DNA of 64,000 nucleotides from an uncultured Acidobacteriota bacterium (GCA_963725095.1 CAVRXJ010000007.1:36331-100330); one strand, 5' to 3'; positions 21,877-33,276 are shown, counted from the stretch's first letter. Notes: a model not told the origin generated them from the letters alone. A program made the numbers and translations.

Positions 21877-24800
21877 ATGATCTGCCCCGCCTGCCAGACC
21901 CCCAACCCGGACGGCCTCCCCGCTTGTTCGCATTGCAGCGTCCCGCTCCCTGACGCGGATCGCACGCTGCAACTGGATGCGTCCGATGCGGCCGAGATGC
22001 CGACGATGGCCAGCCCCACGTCGCTCAAGGAGTGGGTCAAGAGCCGCCCCACGGGCGGCGTGCCGGCCTCCGTCGTCCTTCCCGAAGGCCTCGAGATCGC
22101 GGGCCGCTACCGCGTTCGGAAGCTCCTCGGCATGGGCGGCATGGGAGCCGTCTACCGCGTGCACGACGAGGAGCTCGACCGGGACGTGGCCCTGAAACTG
22201 ATCCGGTCGGACATCGCGGACAACCCCGAGGCGCTGGAGCGCTTCAAGCGCGAGATCCAGCTCTCGAGCAAGGTCACGCACAAGAACGTCCTGCGCGTCT
22301 ACGACCTCGGCGCCTCGGACGGGATCAAGTTCCTGACGATGCAGTTCGTCGAGGGCGTCGACCTCTCGACGATCCTTGAAGCGCGAAGGCCGGCTGCCCA
22401 ACCCGCGCCTGATCCACGTCTTCCGGCAGATCCTCGAGGGGCTGCGCGCCGCCCACGACCAGGGCGTCGTCCACCGCGACCTGAAGCCCCAGAACATCAT
22501 GCTCGACGCCTCCGACAACGTCTTCGTCACCGACTTCGGCCTGGCCAAGTCGATCGAGCAGTCCGGCATGACGCAGACCGGAGCGATCGTGGGCACGCCG
22601 TACTACATGTCGCCCGAACAGGTGAAGGGCGCGAAGATCGATCACCGCTCGGACATCTATTCGGTCGGCGTGATCCTCTACGAAATGTCGACCGCACGGC
22701 TCCCCTTCACGGGCTCGACACCCTACGAAGTGATGGCGCAGCGCCTGCAGCGCGCGCCGCAGCCCGCCGGCGAGCTCAACCCCGATCTGCCCGCCTATCT
22801 GAGGAAGATCCTCGAGCGGTGCATGGCGAAGGACCCGGACACCCGCTACGCCTCGGTCGAGGAGATCCTTCGTGATCTCGACAGCGGCAGCTTCCGAACG
22901 ACGCTGCGCTGGGAGGCGCAGCGCCGCCGCTGGCTGCGCCCGGCCCTCGGCGCGGCGCTCGGGGTGGCGGTCCTGGCCGGCGCGGGCGTGTGGCTTTCTC
23001 GCCGCACCGCTCCCGTGGGGACAGGTCCCCGATCCGCCGAGGCGGCCGTTCCGGTTCTGGGTGTCGTGCCCTTCGAGAATCGGACGGGCAACGCCGCGCT
23101 CGACTGGTACGGCGAAGGCGTCGGGCGCCTGGTGGCCGACGGCCTCGCGCAGTCCCGCCACCTGCGCGTCGTCTCGATGGACCGCACGCTCGCCCTGCGC
23201 CGCGGCAATGCCGACCGGGCGGCCCTGCAGAAGGCGGCCGCGGCGGCAGGCATCCAGTACCTGCTGACGGGTGACATCCTGCCCGGCCCGGCCGGCCTGA
23301 CCGTGTCGACTCGACTCTCCGACACCAGGGACGGCCACGAGCTCGCCTCCGGACGCGTCGACAAGCTCGCGCCCGCGACCCTCGTCGGCGCCGCGGACCG
23401 CATCGCGCTCGTCGCCAAGAAGGGGCTGGGCCTCCCGCCGACCGAGGGTGTGGACGCCTACGGAGCGGACTTCGTCAGCAAGAACCCGGAAGCGTACGAG
23501 TCCTACGTCGAGGGCCTCCACGCCGTCAACGAGTACCGCTACGCCCGCGCGCAGGCCGCCTTCGAACGGGCGCTCTCCAAGGCGCCCGACTACGCCATGG
23601 CCCGCTACTGGCTGGCGACCGTGAAGGCGGCCAGCGGGCGCACCGAGGAGGCGCTCGCGGACCTGAAACCGGTCGTGGCCCAGGCGTCGCGGCTGCCCGA
23701 CCGCGAGGCCCGGTACGTGCGCGCGGCGGAGGCCTACTTCGCGCGCCGCTACGACGACGCCATCAAGATGTACCGCGATCTGATCCAGCGCTACCCCTAC
23801 GAGATCGAGGCGCGGCGCATCCTGCTGCTACGTCCTGCTCGACACCAACCAGCCGAAGGAGGCGGTCGCCGAGGCGCAGGCGCTCGGCAAGGTCGCGCCG
23901 GAGAGCCACGTCGTCTGGAGCATCCAGGGCACGGCGCACCTCGCGCTGAAGGACTTCAATCAGGCCGTCGGGGACTTTCAGAAGTACGTTGCGCTGGAGC
24001 CCGAGAGCGCCAACGGTCATCACCTTCTCGGAGACGCCTACCGCTCGCAGGGAGAGCTCGACCTCGCGGCGCAGGAGTACGAGAAGGCGCTCGGAGCCGA
24101 CCCGAACTTCCACTACGCCACGGTCGCGCTGGCGTCCGTGGACATGCTGCGCGGACGGCCGGAGGACGCGTCCGCGCGCCTGGCCGCCCTGGTCTCCGAC
24201 GACAAGGCCCTGCCGGTCCACCGGATCGACGCCGGCTTCGCCCTGGCGGCCGTCGCACGGGCGGGCGGGAGGTTCCGGGCTTCGGCCCGTGTGCTCGAGA
24301 CGCTCGAGGCGCCCATCGCCCAGGAGAAGGTCCGCGAGGCGCAGGCGTCTGTCCGAACGCGGCGCGTCCCTGGCGGAGCTCGGGGAAACGGGTGAGGCCC
24401 GGCGGCTGACGGCGCTCGCCGTCGAGCGCTCGCCCGGTGTGCCGACACGCTACCTTTTCGCGCGGGGTTTGCTCGAGCTCAAGGAGCGGCGTTTCGACGA
24501 CCTTCGCCAGACGACGGCGAAGATCCGCGAGGGGGCGCTCGCGCCCGAGGACCCCGACCGAACGGAGGAGAAGGCCGCCGCCTACCTCGAGGGGCGCGCG
24601 TTCCTCGCGCAACGAAACGCGGAAGGGGCGCTCGAAGCGCTGTCGCGCGCCGTGTCGCTTTCGGGCTACGAGTACGCCATCTACCGGCGGGGCCTCGCGG
24701 AGGCGTACCTGGCCTCGAAGAAGCTGCCCGAGGCCCTTTCGGCCGCGCGCCAGGCGTCGGGCCCGCTCGATCCGACGGATCTTCGACTGGACCTCGCGCT

Positions 24801-24966
24801 CGACCGCGAGCGCGCACTGCTCACGCTGGCCGAAACGCAGAAGGCCATGGGGCGCGCCTCGGAAGCGGCCGAGCCCGCCCGCCAGTTCCTGGCCGCGTGG
24901 GCGAAGGCGGATCCAGGCCTGCCGGACACGGCGCGCGCCCGCAAGCTGGCGGCGGCCGCCCCCTGA
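21877..24966 (+). CDS. Ser/Thr protein kinase 2: paralogue of kinase 1 (zinc ribbon, kinase, TM, periplasmic domain, TPR); about 3 frame breaks
   Basis: MICPACQTPNPDGLPACSHCS. Kinase motifs GMGGMGAVY, HRDLKPQNIML, DFGLAK, GTPYYMSPEQ. TM segment ..ALGAALGVAVLAGAGVWL. ..VLGVVPFENRTGNAALDWYGEG.. then TPR-like repeats to ..ARKLAAAAP. Breaks near 22378, 23828 and 24352. A TACAAT box lies at 21854-21859. Confidence 0.8.
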
Positions 24967-24982
24967 CGGCCGCCCCTCCGCG

Positions 24983-26327
24983 CTATCTCGGGATCTTGGT
25001 CAGGCCGCCGCCGCCGGCAGGCGCCACGACGATGCCGCTCGGGTCGCCGTTGCCGTCCAGGTCGTAGAAGAGGAACGGAAATTCCTTCTGGTTCATCACC
25101 TTGACCTGGACCTTGACCTCGTTCGACAGCACCGTGTATCCCGCCATCGCGGCATCCTTGGAGTCGACGACGCCGTCCCCGCTCCAGTCGGCCAGAACGT
25201 CGGGCGCGGTGCGGTTGACGACGAAGAGGCGCATCGTGACCAGGCGGATCGGTCCCGGCGCCGTCATCGTGACCGGACCGCCGTCGACGCGGAATTGCTG
25301 CGCGCCCTGACAGGCCTCCGGAATCAGGTCGTGCGACGGCAGCTGCGGGATCCCGACGCAGCGGTCCTCGACGACCACGGGGTCGAAGAGACCGCTCGGC
25401 ACCGTCATGTGAGCCAGGACATCGGTTTGCTTGATGGCGCTGTTCATTTCCCAGGTGACGTCGTTCAGAAAGCCGGCGAGGTTTCGCGCCTGCCGGTGGC
25501 CCTGGGCGTCCCGCTGGAGAAAGTCCCCGTTCTTGTTCACGCCCGGGTCCTGCTGGAGCACGACCCCGACGCCCGTGTCGGAAACCAGGACGAGGCCCGG
25601 AAGGCCCGCCGCGGCGCCGTGGCCGTATCCGTCAGTCGTTCACCGGCACGGTATGGCATGAGGAACCGGGATCGCACGACCCGCCGTTGCAGGCCGGTGC
25701 GCTCAGCGTGTAGAAGAGGATGTCCGACAGGCAGACGTCCTGCGTCGTATCGCCTCCCCCCGTGACGGGCCCGAGCGGCGACGCCTCGGTTTGAAGGCCG
25801 GCGTCGTTCGAGAACTGGCTGAACAGCGTCGGTCGCCCGCCGCCCCCGAAGTCCGTCAGCCGGACGAGTTGGCCGGGATTCCCGCCGAGGGCGGGCACTC
25901 CGGGCTGATAGACGCCCGGCGTGAATTCGAGAAAGGTCTCGTCGATCTGCGCTCCGAAACACTCGTCGAAGTTGCTCAAGACGGAGACGGGAACGAACCC
26001 GAGGCAGGGATCGGGGCCCGCGTTGAAGAGCAGGAACCCGCGCCGGCCGTTCTCGGGAAACGGCGGGTTGAACTCGGTCCCGACGCCGAGCAGCTGACCG
26101 TTGTCGGCGTTGAGCTGGATCGTGATCGGCCAGCCGCCGCTCGTCTCGGTCGGGGTGTTCAGGAACTTTCCGATGATGAGCGGAAACTCCGTGGGCGAGA
26201 CCGGCGCGAGCACGGTCAGCGTCACCGGCTTCTGGGCCGCCTCAGCGACGCCAGAGAGAAAACCGCACGACGCGAGAACAACGAGAAGCAAACCGACCCG
26301 CCGAGCGACAGCCTTGCGAGCACCCAT
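24983..26327 (-). CDS. Secreted hypothetical protein (~448 aa), one frame break
   Basis: Strong RBS AAGGAGGGGG then ATG 26327. Signal peptide MGARKAVARRVGLLLVVLASCGFLSGVAEA. Break near 25630, joining ORF 25632..26327 to ORF 24983..25561. C-terminal Ca-binding-like DWSGDGVVD and DLDGNGD motifs. I recognise no family. Confidence 0.55.
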
Positions 26328-26423
26328 CGTCCCCCTCCTTGCGATTCCGAAAACGGCAGGCGAACCGACTTCCCGGATTTCCGCGAAGTCCAGCGCGTCT
26401 GCCTCCCCTTTTCGAGTCCACGC

Positions 26424-26451
26424 ATTATCGTCGGCGGCGGAGACCCGTCAA
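26424..26451 (-). promoter_or_regulatory. Sigma70-like promoter for the secreted hypothetical gene
   Basis: On the minus strand, TTGACG (26451-26446), a 16-nt spacer, then GATAAT (26429-24). It lies about 95 nt upstream of ATG 26327. AT-rich hexamers are rare in this DNA. Confidence 0.4.
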
Positions 26452-26532
26452 GGCACTTTGGTGGCGAGAATCCGCAAGTCCAGCCGCGACAGGGCCTTCG
26501 ACGGCGCGGCGGCCGGGACCGCGGACCCGCAC

Positions 26533-26557
26533 GGCGGGCGCGCGCGTCGCGCCCGCC
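26533..26557 (-). terminator. GC hairpin about 30 nt downstream of the giant gene stop
   Basis: GGCGGGCGC (26533-26541) pairs with GCGCCCGCC (26549-26557). There is no clear U-tract, so this is only a candidate. Confidence 0.3.
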
Positions 26558-26585
26558 GGCAGATCACGCGGCCGGCCTGCCCCGT

Positions 26586-29500
26586 CTAGGGAACGATCAC
26601 CACACCCATGTAGCGGTTCGGTCCCGGCGGGCCGGACCACCAGGCCGGGTACTGATGGCAGAAGTACGTCGCCGCGTAGTCGAAACCGATGTAGTACCGC
26701 CCGGGCGTGGACGGCACCGTCAGGGACGTGGTGCCGTGACCGGAGATCCCGCTCACCGGCGGAATCGAGTCGTACGTGCACGCCTGGTAGAGACCGCTGG
26801 CCAGACCAATCTCGATCTGCTCGATGCAGCCCGGGCAGAAGGAGGGATTGGACGCCGTGAAGTCGTGATCCAGAGTGAAGCTCCCGCCGCCCGACAGGCT
26901 CAGGACGTTGCCGCCGCCGTTCAGGTGGACGTTGGAGATCGAAAGAAGCGAATACACCGGGCTCGGGTCAATGACGTCGACGGCGGCGATGTAGCGCGTC
27001 GGGTCCGGCGGGCCGTTCCACCAGACGGCCAGGACAGCCTTCTCCCTGCGCACGGTCGAAAGCGATGTAGTAGCGCCCGGGAACCGCAGGTACCGTGAGG
27101 GCGAGGGACGCGGTGCCGGAAACTCCCGGGCTCGGTCCCGGAACCCCGCTGTAGGCGCAGACCGTCGGCGTCGCGTCGGCGAAACCGATCTGGATCTGGT
27201 CGATGCAATCGGGGCAGAGGTCGTCGGTGATCGTGTAGTTCAGGAAGAGCGAAATCGGGGCGCCCGGGCTCGCGACCAGTTCGCTGGAGCCCTCCTCGAG
27301 GTGGACGCTCGAGATCGTGACGGGCCCGTTGGTCGAGCTCGGCCCGACGGCGAACACCGGAAGGCTCGCCGTGGCGACCGAGCCCAGAGCTCCCGTGACC
27401 GTGACGGAGACGTTCGCGGCGCCCGAGAACGTGGGGATGCCGGCGAGGACTCCTTCCGATGAGAGCTGGAGGCCTTCCGGCAGCGGCGCCGCCGCCGTCC
27501 AGGTGAACGGCGGCGTGCCCGATCGCCTGGAACGCCGTCGCGGGATACGGGTGCCCTTCGAAAGCCCGTCGGAAGCGACGTGGTCGTGATCGCCAGCGGC
27601 GGATGGGGATAGAAGAGCTCCGCGGTGTTGCTGGACGTCGAGCTGCCGACGACGAGAACCCGGCCGTCGTTCAGCGCGACGGCCGAGCCGCCTCTCACGC
27701 GGCGTCGCCAGGCTCCCGGTGTAGTTGAAGACGCCAGTCGCCGTCGGCGTGTAGACCTCCGCGCTCGACGAGCGGAACCGCGTTGGTGGAGCCGCCCGCG
27801 ACCAGAACCCGGCCGTCTGCGCAGCGCCGTCGGAGAGCGCCGACATCCGCGCCGCGTTCAAGGATACGGTCGCCGCGCTCGTTCCCGACGGAAGGGCCAC
27901 CTCCGCCGTCGCGGTCGCGGCCGTGCCGACGGTCGGAGCATTGCCCCCCGCGATCAGCACGTTGCCCGATGCGAGCCGGTTTGCCGAATGGGAATTCCGG
28001 GCTTGCACCAGGGTCCCGGTGAACTCGAACGTGCCTCCGAGCGGGACGAACTCCTCGATGACGCCCACGTTGTTGCCGACCGCATCCACGCCGCCGGCGA
28101 GGAGCACGTTGCCGTTGGCGAGCAGGGTCGCCGTGTGGAGCTTGCGGGGAACGAGCATCGGGGAGGGCAACTCCGTGAACCCTTCGGTGCTCGGGTCGTA
28201 GAGATCGCCCGTTCCCAGGGCCTGACCCAGGTTGTCCGCGCCGCCGGTCATGAGCACGCGGCCGTCCGCCAGGCGGGTGGCCTGGAAGGATCGCCGGGGA
28301 CTGCTCATGATGCTCGAGACGGGATCGAACGAGCCCGTCGAAGGATCGAAGAGCTCCGCTTGCGAAAGAACGTCGCCGTTCGTCCCGCCGGCGATGAGAA
28401 CCCTTCCGTCCGCGAGCAGCACCGCCTGCGCGTCGAAACGGGACCAGTTCATGGGCCCCTCGGTCGCGAGGAAGATTCCGGTCGAGGGATTGTAGATCTC
28501 GGCCGAGTTCAGAGCCGTACCGCCGTTCGAGCCTCCGGCGACGAGCACGCGCCCATCGGCGAGCTTCGTCACGGTGGGCTGATTCCGGCCCACGGTCGCG
28601 GAACCGGTCGCACAGAACCCCTCGACGAAGAAGGCCGGGGAATCCCCCGAGGCCCCCGGGGTACCCACGACGGAGACCGATGCATGGACGCTGAAGCCGT
28701 ACCCGCCGCGGTCGATCCGAATATTGTCGAACTCGGCGAGCCCATCCGGACCCGTGACGGCAACCGCCTCGATGGGTGTCAGGGAGGCACCCGGGCAGGG
28801 AGACGCTCCGAGCGAGAGGAAGACGTTCGCGCCAGGAACCGCGGCGGCGCTCGGATCGAGCACCTGCACCGTCACGTCGAAGGCCTGCCCGGCCACGACA
28901 CGGCTCGGCGTGGTAACGGTCACTGCCGACGGCAGCCCCGAGTTGACCGTGATGCTGAAAGCCCGCGTGGCCGACTGCGAAGGGTTCAAGGAGTCCCTGA
29001 CCCGCGCGATGAAATTGGACGTGCCCGCCACGAGCGGCGCCCCCGTGATGGCGCCGCCCGAGGAGAGCGCCAGGCCGGCAGGCAGGCTGCCGGAGGCGAT
29101 GCTGAAGTGGTAGGGCGCGAGGCCGCCTCCGGCGTCGAGGGCCGCCGCGTAGGGCTCGCCGACCGTGCCGCTCGGCGAGCGTGAAGGCCGGGATGGTCAG
29201 CGGCGACGCGACGCGGATCGTGAAGTCGCGCGAGTCGCTCAGCGGATCGATGCTCGAGTCGGAGGCGACGACCGTGAAGCCCGTCGTTCCGGGCGCGGTC
29301 GGCGTTCCGCCGAAGACGCCGCCCGCGAACGTGACGCCGGGAGGCAGCGGGCTCACCGGATTGAAGAAATAGACCCGGCGTTCCGCCGGTCACGTTGACC
29401 TTCGCCGCGTAGGGCACGCCGACGATGCCGTCGGGCAGGGAGGATGTCAGGATCTGCACCGAGCCCGGGTTGATGACGTGTCTCCGCCGGCGGCCACTGC

Positions 29501-32500
29501 CGTCGGCGTGTTGTTGGGGTTGTTCGTGTTGGCGGCCTGCGGGACGACCACGGGCGTGACGTCGCTCACGATCTCGCTCAGCTTCGAGCGCGGGGCAAAG
29601 ACGCGCAGGGTGATCGTCGCCGACTCGCCCGGCCTGAGGGCGATCGTCAGGTTGCCGATGCTCGGATCGAGGAACTCCGGATCGGTGAGATTGCCTCCCG
29701 GCGGCGTGATGATCGGGTTGAGGACGTTGGCGACCAGCAGCTCCTGACCCTGCTCGAAGAGCTCGCAGTTCTGGCTCGCGAGCGTCTTGTAGGTCTTGGT
29801 CACGATCAGCTGCGTCACGACGCCCGGGTCGATCGAGCCGACGAGCTTGACCCGGTAGGACGCCGACGTGTTGGCCTGCTGGTCACCGTGTAGACGGCGT
29901 CCGACGGGTTGGCGTTCGTGATGTTCGGATTCGTGATGTTGGGATTGGTGATGTTGAGGTTCGTGATGTTCGGGTTGGTGATGTTGGGATTCGTGATGTT
30001 CGGATTGGTGATGTTCGGATTTCCGATCGTCAGGCTCGCGACGTCCGCGTTGGTGATGTTCGGGATTGGTGATGTTCGGATTCGTGATGTTCGAATTCGT
30101 GATGTTGGGATTGACGAGGTTCGAGTTGGTGATGTTCGGATTCGTGATGTTCGGGTTCGTGATGTTCGGGTTCGTGATGTTGGGGGTGTAGACCTCGACC
30201 GTGCCGACGTCTCCTCCGGCGGCATCATCCGGCGTGCACGAGGCCAGGCACCGTCGCGTCGGAGTTCAGCACGACGAAGCCGGTCAGCCCGTTGACGACG
30301 AGCGGACCGCCCACCGAAGACGTCTCGGCGATGTTGACCGTGATGTTGGCCGCCGGGTCGGTGGATGTGGCGAAGACCGAGCGCGAGGCCGAGGAGTGCG
30401 CAGCCGACCGCAAGATCGAGCGTCGCGACGACGGGCGACGGGCCGTCAGAAGCACCGGCTTGATTCAGCCCCGGCGTGAAGGAGGCCCAGCCTCCGGCCG
30501 GCTGATTCTGGATGACGAGCCGGAACGACTTGTCGAAATTCGACATGTTCTGCGCCACGACGACGAAGGCGCGCTGAAGCGTCGCCGAGAGGGGCTTGGA
30601 GTTCTGCGGCGAGGAGAACAGGAAGTCCTGAGTGATGAGCGCGCCGTAGAGGTTCTGGTTGCGGCTGCCGGCGAAGGGAGCCTCGCAGGCCGGAACCCTT
30701 TGCCCCGGCGCGAAGATGCTGTCTCCCCGGTGTTCGCCGCGGAGCGCGGCGGCGTGTACAGCGTCCAGTCCACGACCCCCCGAGCCGCGTCGTAGGGCGG
30801 GACGACGTCCTGGTTGCTCGTCCAGGAGGCAAACTGGGTTCCGGCCTTCGACGGCTCCGTGTTGAAGGTCCAGGGGCCGCCCGGAGAGGGCTGAACGAAC
30901 GTGACGCCGGCGATGTCGAGGTAGTCGCTGAAGAACGGCGCCTCGCCGAGCTGGAAGATCGGAAGGTTCGGAGGGTTGAACTCGAGCTGCTGGAGGTACG
31001 GAACCGTCGGGCCCGTCGGGGATCGATGCCGGAGGTCTCGTCGCCCCGTCGTGCCGAACTTGTATTGCGACAGGCGCTTCGTCGTGAAGACGGGCGAGGC
31101 GCCCGGCCCGGCCTGCGCCAGACGCACGTCGAGCGTGTGGCGGCGGACCGTCAGTCCCGGATAGATCGGCCCGGGAGTGACCTGGAACGCCGTATCGACG
31201 ATGAAGGGCGTGAAGACCGGGGATCCGTCCCGGACTGCACTTCTCCGGCGCAGGGCGAGGATCGAGGTCGGCGTGGCGCAGGGCGAGCGCGTCTCGAGCT
31301 CGAAGCGGCCCTGCGAATCCGGATCGGGAAACCCGAGCACCGGGTTGAAGAGCCCGAGCGTGTGGTCGAGCCTCAGGTCGTAGTAGATCGCCGTGAGCCG
31401 GCCGCCGTTGAAGGTCATCTGCGGCATGATCTGGTGGCCGCGCGTGTAGGTGTTCGCCGTCGGCACCGCTTCGTCGGCGATCGGATTGTTGTCCACGAAG
31501 GCGGCGACCGACCAGTTCACACCGTCGAGCGAGGTCGCGTACTTGATCCGCGAGTCTCCGAAGGTGATCGGCTGCCGCTGCGCCCAGGCCAGGTACACCC
31601 GTCCCGCGCCGTCCACGGCGATCGTCGGATAGGCATTCGTGCGGAACGAGCCAGCCGTCGTGGCCTGGTCGAAGAATGTCTCCGCCGTCGGATTGAGCGG
31701 GTCGAAGGAGGGCAGCGAGAGCACCGGCGTCACCGAGGCAACGGCCGTGCCGCCGCCTGTCACCTTCGCGACGTTGATGGCGTTTGGCTGGTAACCCGCA
31801 TCGCCGGCGAGCCGACCGCAAACTGCCGCCAGGCGACGTAGACATTGCCCGTCGGAGGATCGACCGCCACCGCGGCCCCCTGGTTGACCTGCTGCGCGGG
31901 GGTCGAGAGCCGCAGCGCCGCGCCCCACGTCTGGCCGCAGTCGCTGGAAGTGCGCAGGTACACCGTCCCCTGCCCCGTCGGGCTGAAGGCGGAGTACGCC
32001 ACGTACACGTTTCCCGCCGGGATTGTCTGCGGCACGAGGCACGCCGCCCTGCGGGACCGACAGCGTGCAGGTCGCGCCGCCGCGCGGCATGTCCACCGCC
32101 ATGGACGGCTTGTCGAGGAAGGAGTCCGGAGTCGTGTCCTCCAGCTTCGTCGCGCCGATGAAGCGGATCGGGTCGAGCCCGAGCGTGACGTCCCCGTTCT
32201 CCTTGTTGTTCAGGTCGATGAAGCGTCCGACGAAGAGCGCCCCTCGGGTCGGGTTGCCGGTGACGGCGCGATCGAACACGATGCCGGCGTAGTAGAAGAG
32301 CCCGGCGGGTCCAGCGCGCACGACCGGATCCGCCGCGGCTCCGAAAGAGCCGACGGTTGCCTTGAAGTCCGCCCCTTCGGGGGACAGTGTCCTGCGGGTA
32401 CCCGGGGAAGAGCGTGCTCTGCCACGTCTGACCGCCGTCGAACGACTTGAAGAGGCCCAGCCAGGCGTCTCCGCCGTATTCCTCGTCGCCCGGCTCCATG

Positions 32501-33276
32501 TCCGCGAACGGGAACGGCAGGTCCACGGTCCGGTAGTCGTTCGCTCCGGCGACCATGTGCAGCGGATTTCGGGTCGAGAAGGCACCTGCGACCCTTCGTT
32601 CTGCCGCTGGAGGAACGGATCGCCCCCCGGCCAGCCGGTCCCCGAGACCATGTTCACGTTGGTGCCGGGCTGCGGATTGATCTGGACGGAATTGGGACAG
32701 CTGGCCGTCGTCGAAGCGGCGAGCCAGAAGCCGAACCCGATGGGCGAGCGGCGGTCCGTCCAGAAGATCGCCGCGGGGTTTAGACCCTTGACGGTCGGAC
32801 TGGCAAACGTCGTGTCCGCGTTCGGGGCCGCCGTGCCCGTGCCCCTCTGCAGAACGAACGATTCCCAGGTCAGGGGATCGGTCCCGGTCGGCGGAAGCCC
32901 ATAGACCTTCCAGGTAAAAGGCACCGGGAAGGAGTTCGAGTTCTTCACCTTCCAGACCCGTGCGACCGCGGGATCGTCCGAGCACTTGGAGCTCAACACC
33001 AGGGGAACGACGGGCGTCGGCGTCGGGGTGGGTGAGGGAGTGGCCGTCCGTGTTCCCGTAATGGTCGGCGTCTTCGAGGGCGTCGGCGTCTTCGAGGGAG
33101 TCGGGGTCTTCGTCTCGTCGGCGTGGGGTCTTCGTCTTGGTCGCGTGTCTTGGTCCGGGTCGGCGTGCGGGGCTCGGAGTGACCGCCGGCAGCGCAGCCG
33201 CAATCGCGAGCAGGAGGACGGCCACGAGCGGAGGAAGGATGCGGCCCGGCCGAGTCGTCGTCGAGGCGATAGACAT
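26586..33276 (-). CDS. Giant secreted mosaic protein (~2,200 aa): signal peptide, PT-linker, N-domain, BNR/sialidase-like propeller, NPNIT array, He_PIG-like Ig repeats, 7-blade Kelch propeller, duplicated Cys-containing C-terminal module; at least 15 frame breaks
   Basis: ATG 33276 (MSIASTTTRPGRILPPLVAVLLLAIAAALP). Asp-boxes SFDGGQTW (~32422-32445), SSDCGQTW (~31924-31950) and SLDGVNW (~31510-31535). Kelch-like blades KLADGRVLVAGG, LLADGRVLIAGG, RLADGRVLMTGG, LLANGNVLLAGG, RLASGNVLIAGG, ..GRVLVAGGST and LNDGRVLVVGSS (~28610-27650). I checked continuity base by base at the 29880 and 29460 junctions. Stop at 26586. Confidence 0.7.
29906..30188 (-). repeat. In-frame 15-bp tandem array encoding 16 pentapeptide units N-[P/S/L]-N-I-T (15 are N-I-T)
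   Basis: Coding-strand unit AAC ATC AC[G/C] AA[C/T] CC[G/C]. There are 9 units, a break NADVASLTIG, then 7 units. Synonymous third-base variation occurs between units. One extra base at ~30061-30064 breaks the frame. Confidence 0.9.

Noticed and set aside
29906-30188. Regular 15-bp repeats considered as a possible CRISPR array or non-coding satellite
   Set aside because: There are no spacers. The period is 15 bp, the array is in frame within a long coding sequence, and variation is at synonymous positions. It is a coding pentapeptide repeat.
33040-33140. Short DNA repeats (GGCGTCGGCGTCTTCGAG-like) near the 5' end of the giant gene
   Set aside because: They simply encode the low-complexity TPTPSKTPTPSKTP linker after the signal peptide. 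This is not an independent repeat element.
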